A stretch of 64,000 nucleotides of DNA from Vicugna vicugna (lineage: Eukaryota). The translations under genes and the position numbers were made by a program. The notes beneath the pieces are model-generated. The model made no database searches and was not told where the DNA came from. It worked only from the letters and a program-made list of their open reading frames with translations. Shown here piece by piece: positions 38,495 to 49,877 of this stretch. Within the stretch, counting starts at the first letter, position 1. Every line of letters starts with the position of its first letter. The stretch is taken from positions 124,001-188,000 of the forward strand of contig MU058065.1 of the NCBI GenBank assembly GCA_013265495.1. Reading direction: 5' to 3'.

Positions 38495-39919
38495 CTCCAG
38501 AGATCACGTGGGCTGCTTGGAGGCTGGAGGGTCTCTCTGCGGGGAGGAGTGGGTTGTGCCCCACAAACACATTTCAGCTGATCTAGAGGACCCCTGCCTG
38601 GCATTCCAGTGGGCCTGGGGGTCACTGTCATTGATGTCATCTACTCCCTCAGGCCTGTGATCTCCTCAGAGTCACTGATAAAGATTCTTCATAAAGATCC
38701 CTTAGTTAAGAGTTGTCACCACCTTGTAATTAGGAATTTGGCACAACTGTCCTCAAGATGCTTCTAGTTCAGCCTGGCGGCCAGCATGGGACCCCAGCCA
38801 CACGATGCCCTGAATTCAGCATGCTGGTAGGAACTTTTCAGCAAATACCATTTTCCAAATTAAAAAGGAAAAGGCTGAGAGGTCAGATAGTGGCAAAAAA
38901 GAGAGAGGGACAAGGTCACTGTGGAAGGGAGACTTGAAAGCTGCAAGCCAAGGATTAGGAGCTTTGGGGTCAGCGGGTGAAAGGTCAACCCCTCGCTGTC
39001 AACTGGAAGAATTCTGCCTCCTTATCCGACATAATAAGAAAGTGTTTGCAGTTAGAAATCGGCACCACTGTCTGCTTCAAAGACCTTAGAGACGCAGGCG
39101 ATGTGTACATTATCAATTAGTTCAGATCATCATTCCGTTTTTTTCCCTCCTCCTCCAGCTGCCAGCCATTAGACGTGGGCATCTGGCCGCAATTTCCGTT
39201 TTCCGTCAAGTGTCTCCGGCCGCATAGACTGGCTGTGTCCTGCCCCTGTTCCGTTCCTTCACATGAAAGACGGTGGGGGAAAGAATCTGGAAACAAAAGC
39301 CACCCGATTCCTTCCCCAACAATTAGAAACATGCTTTAGAACCTGGAAATAGTGCAGAAGAATCCCACTGAGCATCCATTTAGGCCTGTTCCTGAGCGTG
39401 CCTTGTAAATGCTTTCACGTAGCATTGTAAGCCTCTCGTTAGCCTCCTCAGAAAGGGGTGGTGGTGGGGGGCTACAGGCGTCTGCTATCTTATGGGAAGG
39501 CTACACAAGTGGCCTTTCTGCGGTGTTTCTCTGGATGGCATTGATTTAAGATCTGCTCAAAGGTCTGCTCTCATAGTTAACTCGAGCTATTCCCTTTGCA
39601 GATGAGCAGGTCTTTGCCTTTCATTGTATCACAGGGTTGTACTTTTAGTTTCACTACCACCACTGCTGCTGCTTTTACTTTTTCGTGCTGTTCTGGCCTT
39701 TCCCCCATACCCACCTCCTCTCTGAAATAACTCTGTCTCTCTCTTCTCAAGACACGTCCTCATCTTGGCTTTTGCTTCGGTCCTTGGCTGCCATCTGGTC
39801 TGTGGATTCACTCTTGCCTGCACCTCCCACCAGGGTGTTTTGGCTGGTGTGTGTTCAGGTATCAGGAGGGGATATGAGAGCCAAGGATTTCTAGTTCTTC
39901 GTGAGAGTGGTTCCAATAG

Positions 39920-40090
39920 GAGCTACTGTTTGAGGGCTTGTTATGTGTCAAGCACGATGAGAGACCCTTTCGTGTATTATCTCATTTAACTCAGTGGTAC
40001 CCCTATGGGCTGGGTAGGGGTGTCCCCAGGTTACAGGTGAAAACATTGAGATTGGGGAGGGCTAGTAACTTGCCCAAAATTACAGAGAGA
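39920..40090 (-). mobile_element. MIR SINE
   Basis: TATTATCTCATTTAA...TTACAGGTGAAAACATTGAG...GTAACTTGCCCAA. Confidence 0.75.
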
Positions 40091-40789
40091 AGAACAAGAG
40101 AAGAGACACTGTACATTATCTTGACCTTTTAAAAAAATATTAACTTGAAAATAGGCTTTGAGTTAAAATTGACCCAGTCTTTAAAAAGCGTGACAGCCAC
40201 ACAATGGCTCTGTTTTCATTCTCAAAATAACCTGTCTGGATGGAGTTTCCTAAATTACATCTTAGAATTCAAAACTGCTTACAGGTTACTCGGGTATCAC
40301 TCCGGTAGCAGCAGCTCAAGGGAAAACATTTATTCTGTTACTTTATTGTAAGCAATATTACGCTCATCTTCAAAGTAACCCAATTATTTTAGAACCTGTG
40401 GCCTTCTACAGTCTACAGTGGATGGTACAGGTTGCCATTCTCCTTGGCATTGACTTTTGTTTAATTTTTTTCTCTCATAGCCCAGAGATCTTTATGGCTT
40501 GCATTTCTTGAACAACAATTCTTAAGGCAAAATGAGAGAGAATTGTGGGTTGAATACATTTGAAATATGCTGCCATATGCTTATATATTTATGGCCAGTT
40601 TCAATTGGTTTCAGAGAGTGTTCTTTCATTATTTAGACTGCTTGAGGGGAAAAAAAAAAAGCTCACTTAACCTCAAAGAATCCCAGGTGAAATTCTTTGC
40701 ACTTCCCTTTGGTATTCTCAAAGCAAGAAGGGAGACAAGGGCTGGGACCTTTTTGTTCATGATGTATGACGATGCCTGTCAGGAGGTGA

Positions 40790-40953
40790 TTTTTTGTTTG
40801 TTTTGGTTTTTGGTTTGTTTGTTTGTTTGTTTGTTTGTTTCTTTCTTTCTTTCTTTCTCTCTTTCTTTCTCTCTTTCTTTCTTTCTTTCTGATTTACAAT
40901 GTTATATTAGTTTCTGGTGTACAGCATAGTGATTCAATTATTTTTATATATAT

Positions 40954-40984
<31 letters not shown>

Positions 40985-41254
40985 CACACACATATTATTT
41001 TTTGTATTCTTTTTATTACAGGTTGCTACAAACCGTTGAGTATGGTTCCTTGTGCTACACAGTAGGATCTTGTTGTTTATTCTGTACCTACTTGTCTGTA
41101 TCAGCCCATCCCAAACTCCTAATTTATCCCTCCTCCTCCCTTTCCCCCCTGGTAACCATAAATCTGTTTTCTATGTCTATGAGTCTCTTTCTGTTTTGTA
41201 AATAAGTTTGTTTGTGTCATTGTTTTTTAGATTCCGTATATCAGTGATATTATA
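40790..41254 (-). mobile_element. 5'-truncated L1 with (GTTT)n/(CTTT)n-derived tail and internal (TA)/(CA) repeat
   Basis: GATTTACAATGTTATATTAGTTTCTGGTGTACAGCATAGTGATTCA...TAGATTCCGTATATCAGTGATAT; degenerate TSD TCAGGAG(G/A)TG at 40779 and 41255. Confidence 0.88.
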
Positions 41255-44200
41255 TCAGGAGATGTTAATTTGATGTGTGTAGTAGGGAAAGTCTCAACTG
41301 AGCTGGACCTTTGTAGGAACAGTTGGGAATGGCTCTGTCCTCTGTTAGGCCAATTTAATGACCAAAAAAAACCTACAGGAAGGAGATCAGGGCCACGTGG
41401 CTGAGGTACCTTGTGGTTCCTCTTAAAGATGCCTGTTCAGTTCAGTGCATTTTTCTTGCATTACCAAATTCTTCCATAAAGTCAACCACAACCCATATTA
41501 TCAGGGACTCTGGCTAAAACTTGCGGTGAGCAGGAAATAGATTAAACACAGGTTTTCCCTTTTCTCTGGCTGCCAAAAGTGATGTCAGTGGCATTAATGG
41601 TCCTTACCTCAGCCCTCTGCAGACCGAGGGCCGTCTGAGGGAACCCTTGTTCAGCGTTCTGGTTCCTCTGCTGCTGCAGAGAAGCTGACGATGGATGAGG
41701 AGGAGCAACTGAGCAGCCAGACAGTTACTCGAAGGTGAAGTCAGGCACTTGCTTTCTCGCAAGTTATGAGATGACTCCAGGGAGCAGGCAAAGACCACGA
41801 CATCTATCTAGTGTTTAAAAGAAGAAGTGAAGGTAGGGGGACCAGGGTTGCTTAATTTCCTTTTGCCTAATTCCAGAAACAGTATTGCAAACACTTTTTT
41901 ACTATCTCTGCAGCACACTGGAAATGAAGTTGTGATTTTAATTTAAATCTGCTGGTTTGTATCAGAGCCAGACAAGTAAAACCTACGTCCTAGATTTCTG
42001 AACATTACCAAAAAAAAAAAAACCCAAAAAACAAAAATAAAAAGCCCAAACTGATGTGAAATTACAATATAAACCTCAGAGCTGGAACTGCAATTCTTGT
42101 GGGGCAGAATATACTGCAGAAATAGCTCCCATGGAAGCAGAAGAAAGAGACTTTTATGACTTTCTTGCTCAGGTAGGGAAGATGATATGTTACTTTCATG
42201 TTTTCAAGTAACAGGTTTATTTTGGTTGAGCTCTGTTAAAATTTAAGTGTCCTGTCCCCCAGCACGTGTGGTCTGACTTGCTAATTTCAAGGGATTGTCT
42301 TTCTGAGTTTTTCCACCGTGACTGTCCTGTATATGGGGACATGTTACAATTTTGGCAGAAGAGAGATTTGAGACATTTTGATTGACATTTTGGCGGGAGA
42401 CTGTTACAGTGTTGATCCTCGTTTGCTGGATCTTTTAATTACCTTTTTGCTTTATCGGCATGCTCCATCTTTAATGAGAGGAGACAGGAAGTAACTGAAG
42501 TGAGTATTCTTTGGCTTAAAGATTTCTGAATGTTTATTCAGATTTCCTCAATGTATCATTGATGGAACACTTTTAATTGTTGAGAACCATATGCTGTTGT
42601 TTAAATCTATCTTCTGCCTAAATCCCAAGTCTCTTGAAAATCGTTTCCAGAGCCTCCTCCTTCTGCCCTTCGTTGCTGGGGAAGGAGGTACCCACAGTGT
42701 GGACATTCTCCCTGCGGGACCACAGCGGGAGCCCGCGGGCGTGATGGTCGGCAGATCGGGCCGCCCCTCCCACCCTTCCTTTGCGTAATGCGTGTGCCTT
42801 CCTTCGCTGGTGGCCTCCTGAAGTCGCCGGCCCCGGCAGAGGGTCTTTCCCTGGGACAAAAGGGGACCTGGAGCGAGATGGCCTCGCACATGTTGGCAGC
42901 TCTCCCTGCGTTTCCTGCCTTGGCAGCCCTGCGCTTGGAAGCGCTGGCCGGCAACCTTGTTATTTTCACCAGCCCTCCCCCATGTGACTCGCACCAGGCA
43001 AAAGTGCTATTTAAGCAGCTCCATTAAAGCACTGGCTTGGCCGGCCGGTTACCCTTTGCCATTTAAGACCACGAAACCAAGGCTTTCCAGCTCAATTCTG
43101 GCCTATTTTAAAAGGTGCTGGTTTCCTTTCTTTCGCTAAAACGGCTTTCTCCTTTCAACATAAAGGAGATCTTAACTCTCACTTTACTTCTGTAGTTCAG
43201 TCCTAATTGCTTTTTTTTTTTTAATTTTATTTTTGGTGATTACAGTCTGAAGGCCTTAAAGCAGAATGCTTTTTCACTGTTTAGGTCTGTTTAGGTCCTT
43301 TCCCCAAATCTCAGCTTGCCCCGCACTTCCCAGCCATACCCTGCGAAAAGCAGAGAGATGACCCCAGGGCCCAAACTTGAAGCTCTCTTTTTACCCCTTT
43401 CCCCTTGGGTGATTCCCATAGCCCGCAGAGCTGGCGGATAATGCTTTCCTCCCTACATGCTGTCGTCTAACTGACGTCGTAGGACCCAAGCTCTGAGCCA
43501 GGCAGTTCCTTTCCTGAGGGGTTTCACAGTCTACAGACAATCCACGCTCTCGCTTACCCATCTGAGACTGCGCAGTGAACGTTAAAATGAGGACCACCCA
43601 TACGCCACCAGAACTATACATGTGTTTGATGCTGATGATTTAAAAATTTTTTTACTGTATCCGTTTGCCAGGTTTCAGGTAAGCTTTGGAAACAGGGTCC
43701 TTTTGCAGTGATTTATTGTTGTTTTATTCACATGCAAGCATTCTAGAAGACTCGATTGGCTGTAAATGAGCAGGACTATGCATTAATTGCATCACCATCA
43801 ATGAGGTGGCTGAAGAAATGGATTGTGGCCAAAGTTAGTGTATGCAGTTTGCTTATAACTGTGGGAAATAAGAAATTGACAGACCTGGGAAGCAGGATAT
43901 AGAGATGTCACAGGTGCCGTGCTCAGCATCCTGCGAGGTACAGAGCTACCCACCGACCTCTCCACTCTCACATCCCTGCCACCTTTTTCTTCGTCCCATG
44001 CCCCGCCCAGGGGAAATTTTTCTGCTCTGAGAGGAGTACTCCCCTTCTGGTTCTTCTGAACAGTTTGCCTGCACCATCCCCTTAAAGATTTAGGCTTTTG
44101 GAAACCAGAAAGCCAGAAATATTTTTCCTGCTTTCAAATGGTCCTCCTTCTCCCCATACATAGTCCGCTGGGAGGATGGGGAAGGGATAGAAGACCAAGA

Positions 44201-47200
44201 AGGTTTAACAAGTTGCGTACCATTTTATCTTCTCCTCACAGATTTTTCAGAATGAGAAAGATCTAAATTTGAGTAAAACATTATTTGCCTTTCTATTTAA
44301 ACATTTTTGACACGAAATGTAGAATATTGAAAGTTCAAATCCTTTAAGTAAAGAGTGAAGTCAGAACCATAGCCGAGTAGTGGTTTTCCCTGGGTGACAG
44401 GAATGATAAGGAATATTTATTCCTTGTTTACATTAACTGTTTTTTATAAATTTTCTACATTATACTCAAGATTTTTTTTTAAGTCCTAGAAATTTATGTT
44501 AAGGGAAAAGGAAATACGCTGTTTTGACACATTTCTTCAAGTGGAGGAATTTATTTCTATGAATTTTTCTAGTTGAATCTGCAGTGTAAGATTTCAAACA
44601 ATGATCCCCATTGAGATCTGAAAGCAAGCCAGAGTTACTTTCTGGCCACATTTTAGTGCATGACAATAGCCAAGCAACTTATAGTATTTACTCCTTTTTT
44701 TTTTTTTTAAGTAAAAATAGAAACTGCTAGTAATGCCCTAACCAGGGATTTTAACTATGTTGCACTTGACTCAACCAATTGGCCTGAAGAGTTTCAAGGC
44801 ACTTAAATACAAAATAAAAACTTTTCGTCAATGGGTTTGACTAAAAATGCTTTGCTGAAAGGGTGCAGATCCCTCTCGTACTTACATCATAACCTTATGC
44901 TGTTTTCAGCTGCTTACGTGGTGGAAACTAATCACTAGGCTGAGACAGTGTGAAAGGAATCAGAAGCTTTATTTGCTTTTCAGCTCCAGCAGACATAGTT
45001 TAAGTGGGTTGAGTCCAGAAGATGTGAATTCCTACCGGATGCAATAATGCAATAATCCATAGGTCTCGAGTAGCATTGCCCGAGTGTTGACTTACTTGAT
45101 AATGCTTTAAAAATTACATTTTTCATTACTGGCCACAGGGTTAGGTGGGGGTTTATCCTGTGAGCAGACACAGGCGGACGGGTACAGTACATGCCGATGC
45201 GGTGATGGAATGTTGTCAGAATGTAATTTCCTGCTTCTAAATCTTGTGACAGGTGCATCACATTTCTGGGTTCAGAAGTTATTCCCCAGTGATGTAACTA
45301 GAGAGAACGTATCACAGGAACATCAACGTTTGATATTTGCACAGCTCTTCTCCAAGGATATGTTTCACTTCTTTTTTGGCCCCTAGCTTATGAGCACTAC
45401 AAATGTGTTTTTGTAAAACATCGTAGCAATATTTGCCTCATGTGGCTGGTGTCAGTCAGTTGGAGTTTGCGTATATAAAGTGCATTAAACACACATCACC
45501 CATGCCTTCTTTTTCAGTGGGCGTTACAATCTTTATCATTGTATTTTTATTTGTCATTCAACAGACGTTTAGTGCATTGAAAGACTGGGGGAGTCTAGTA
45601 TGGGTATGGCTTTTTTTTTTTTTAACATATTCCTGAGTTACAAAGATGTATGAATATACATTCATACATTACGCATATGCATACAAACACATATATATGC
45701 GGCTGCCCTTCTCCAAGCGAGTTGCTTTATCGAGCTCAGCCCTTCCTGATTGCAAGCGTGTAGAGGCAGGGATACAGGCAGATGAACTGAAGTCCCATGA
45801 AGCGTTACGCTAAGGTCTGTCTGTAGTGTTATGAGTGTTCCTTTCCAAAAAACTCATTAGAGCCATTGTGAACAGCTATGTTTTGGGAACTTTAGTTTTG
45901 GAGTTCTTTGGCTTTAGAATAATACCTCGCTGGGAACCATCACCCAGCTTAATCAGCTCTTTTATTCACCATATTTGGCTCTCGAAGCTTTTTGGCTGTC
46001 TGCAAAGATCAAATGTGCCCTCAAAGGGCCAAACTGGCTGCTATAGAGACCATTCAAAAGAATATGCCCAAGGCTGAGAAGGCAGTTGCAAGAAAGACAC
46101 GAGAACTTAAGAAGGCTTTCCTCCAAAACGCTTCGAACAATGGCTGCATGATTGGAATAAGTGTGCAGACCCCAGGGTGGCTGCATGGGGGACAGTCCTC
46201 ACCGAGGATGTCTGTTAAAAATCCATGTGGTCTACTCAGTAGCTCAACTTTATGTACACACACACAAACACACACACACACACCCCCAACCCTTGCACAA
46301 AGATAAACAGTTGTGAACCTCAGACTCTTTAAGTTTTTCCAGGCCTCTATTGCCTGTTTATAGGTTCTGTTCCCATCCCCTCTGTGTCAGCATTACCTCC
46401 CGCTTTCCCTCTTTCTCTCTTTCCCTGAGACTCCTAAGTTGATGACGCCAGTCGGTAGCATTAGTGGCTGAGATGCGTGTTGATCAGGACGTATAATACG
46501 GGCTTTGAAAAGTAGTATGCAGAGATTTTGGAGGGGAAGGTATATGACAGAAATGATATATCCCTTTATTTCCTGCTCTTTGAACATACTACTTGTGGAA
46601 GATTACAAGGATGCTTTCAGAGGGGCCCAAAGCAGTAGATTTCCCCATCTGGTGAAGCCATTTTTTTTCTGTCTCTCCTCACCGGGCCCCCAGTCTCCAC
46701 CCTTCGGCAGCCATTCAGGTTGGCACATGTGATAACAAAGCTGGATATAGTTTGTTATTGTGCTAAGCTGTCCATTCAGCCGCTCCGGATAAGAGCCAGA
46801 TGTGAGATGAAAAGCATGCCGTGTACCCTTAACTTTTCCCATTTTATATAAATCGGCACTTTGTTTGTCTCAAGCCTTTTAATAAAGTACGACCTTCCTA
46901 ACCCAGTTTTGGGCTCAGATACATGAAGCTGTGTTGAGCTGTATCTAGAAACCCTGGTAGGAACATTTGGATAGATTGCAACACGCGTTCAGGAGAAACT
47001 TAAAAGTAAGATCTCTGGGACTTTTGAAAGGCTAGATTTTCCTCTCACTTGCAGAAACCACATCAAGTAAATCCTATTTCTCTGGCAATTAAAGATATAA
47101 GCCTGGAGTTTTTGTTTTGTTTTTACCTTGGTGTCTCCATGTCAAGTCTTTATTTGTAAGTAGAAAAATAGACTGTTTATCTATCATTTAGAGGTGGAGT

Positions 47201-49871
47201 TAATATTGTGAAATAAACAAAAATCTCATTTGGTGGATTTCAGCCCACCTGAAAGCCATTATGTAGATGGTGAATGCTGACTGGTCCCAGCCATACTCTT
47301 CTTCAAAGAGGAGAGAGAGAAAAACAAAGTTGCGCTGGTCAACACTGACTGTGTGGACGTTAGTCTGTTGCTCTCCTTGGGGCGGATGTGGATCATTACT
47401 GCGGCGTGTCGATCATAACACAAGGCGTGGCCTTGTCGCCGCCCCTTCACTGGGAAAGACGTCTTGCCCATCACTCAAGGTTCCTCCCCTCTACCCCAGC
47501 CTACACTTGTAGACTTGACGCCCTCACCCCTTTGCAGGTACCTCGTGCTCTAAAACCACGTTCCCCCTGTGGCCTGCTCGGGGCTGCGCTCTCAGCTCCC
47601 TGCGCTTTGTCTGGCCCTGTGCCCTCGGTGGGAAGTGTGCTTTGTCTCTTCCATCCATTCCGCTCATAGGTAGTGAGTTCCTGCTGTGTGCCTGCCCTTG
47701 TGCTGGGCGCTGGACACACAGTGCTGAAGCGGCACAGACACCATCCCCATTTCCACCTCCCCAGATGATTCCATTTCTTCCAAAACAAGCCAGGTGTGTG
47801 GGCGAGATGCTTCCTTTACATTCTAAGCGAGAAGCGTTCTTCCCTCCTCTGGGCACTTAGAGCTTTTTGCCTGCGTGCATCTATTCTGGGATTCACCCTG
47901 TCTCTACTTTGCATTTTATTTGTGAACAGAGCTTACCGTCCTTTCTAGAATTTCTAGAAAGCAGGGCCTGGAGCAGAATTCACATTTGTATCCTCTATCA
48001 TTTTTAATGCAGCCATATACTTCTTCAGCAAGCATTTACTGATTTGCTACTCTGTGCCGCCTAACAGTCTATCAATCTTGAGATTTATTGATACCTTTTG
48101 GGTGCATGAAAAATTGGGACCTCAGAAGGACTATCCCACGTTAGTACTTGAGAACAAAAGCAACTTTCTGAGGTTGAAAAAGTGTCTCCTCTCTGGAGGC
48201 AAGTGGTTAACATCCCTCCCTTGAGGCCTGAATTTTTAAATTGCATAGAAGAAATGTTGCATTCCTGCCAGGATGACTTCTTTCCATTGGACCAAATTGG
48301 AACCCTTTTCTTTATTTAATGATCAACTAGGTCTGTTTTGCTTGCATCTCCGTTTGCATCTCAAATTCTCTTGTCAAACCATGTCACCTTAAAAACTGAT
48401 TTCAGATTTTGCAATGTTAAGCCCTGCAACTTCAAATTCTAAAATCTGCAGTTGATTTTTAACCAAGAGAAGATCAAGCGTAGCCTGCCTGTAACCTGCT
48501 TACCATATTTTGTAGCTGTTTTACACAATACCTGTAGTGGACATTTTTGTTTTGATCATAAGGACATCAAAGTGTTTTGTATTTTTGTATTGCTAAACCT
48601 CTGAAACCTCCAAACCACATCGATTTGTTTACTGACTTAATATTGACTATTTTGAGTTTGTGATCGCTTTAGACTCTTGCGTTTTGAAAGAAAAGAAGTT
48701 AAACAGAGTTTGTTGATTTTACTTAAGTACACAGTACTGTTTGTGCCTGTAACTTCAGTTTATCTGGTGCTGTCCCTTTTTAAAGAAAAAACGCCCCAAA
48801 AGTGAGTGAACGTGCATTTTGAGATGCCCGTGGTGACACATTCTTTCGTTTTCCTTTTCAGAATGAAGACCTAAATGACCTCAGCAAATCCTCCTTTAAC
48901 TCATGGGTACCCAGACTCTAAATATTTCACGATTCACAGCCAGGACCTCACCTTCCTCCTCCGTAGATGGTACGATGCATTCATTTCAGTTTGTTTACTT
49001 TACACAATCCTCAGGAGTTTGTTAACTGAACTGCACGTTCTCTGTCGTGCCAAGAAAAAAGCACTGTGACACCAGAACAATGAGTCTGCATAAACTTCAT
49101 CTTCAACCTTAAGGACTTAGCTGGCTACGTGAGCTGATGTGCCCCCCCGCCACGCCACGAGAGAAGGGGTTTACGCTCATTGCATTTTCGAGACCCATTT
49201 CATCTGCTGCTGCAACTGTGTGCGACAAAGCGTCCTTGTAAATTATTTCATACGGAACTGTTCGCGTCGGGTGGAGAGAGTATTAAATATTTAACATAGG
49301 TTTTTGATTTATATGTGTAATTTTTTTTAATTAAAATGTAACTTTTCTTACAGCACATCTTTTTTTGGGATGTGGAACTGAGGTATACAATGTTCTGTTG
49401 TAAAGAGTGGAGCAAATGCTTAAAACAAGGCTGACAAGAGTAGAATAGGGTACGATCCTTGTTTTAAGATTGTAATTCAGAAAAAATAATATAATAAGAA
49501 TCATAGTGCCATAGAGGGTTCTCAACTGTATAGTTATATTTACTGATAATAATCTTGTCTCTTGTAATATAGCCCTGATGTTGAGCTGAGATCCTTGCAA
49601 GAATTGATCTTAATTTTGTATTTTTTTTTTTCTGTAAGGCTATAGGCCATGTTAATTAAACTGAAGAAGGCTATATTCTGCTGGGTATTTTCAAGTGTCA
49701 GCTTAAAATTGGCAATCGAATGGAAGCAAAATCACAAGAAAAGGAAATCAGAGTCTTCCATTGTATATACTGTAAAGAGGAGGAGACATGGGGGATCCCT
49801 TTGAATCAAAAGCTCTCTTTGGAATGAACAATGTGGGTGTTTGTAAATTCTGGAAATTTCTTTCTATTCAT

Positions 49872-49877
49872 AATAAA
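49872..49877 (+). terminator. IRS1: Proximal polyadenylation signal AATAAA
   Basis: TTCAT-AATAAA-CTAG with upstream TGTA motifs and a downstream pyrimidine-rich tract. Confidence 0.7.

Larger units (their letters stand above)
1..48861 (+). other. IRS1: IRS1 single large intron (in the 3' UTR; 5' end lies upstream of the window)
   Basis: Ends in a canonical acceptor TTCTTTCGTTTTCCTTTTCAG (AG 48860-48861) with candidate branch GGTGAC (A at 48836). The following exon matches the recalled human IRS1 exon 2 start. No recognisable coding exon lies inside. Confidence 0.88.

Noticed and set aside
45646..45669. Short inverted repeats (45646-45669, 47941-47961, 33069-33086, 60423-60455)
   Set aside because: Arms of 7-14 bp, mostly AT-rich; too short for pre-miRNAs. 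The 47941 palindrome has the wrong spacing for an HSE or STAT site.
45992..46306. 104-aa frame with a Lys/Ala-rich, helical-looking stretch
   Set aside because: Non-ATG start, runs into a (CA)n repeat, no known homolog and no retrocopy hallmarks. A tBLASTn search would settle it.
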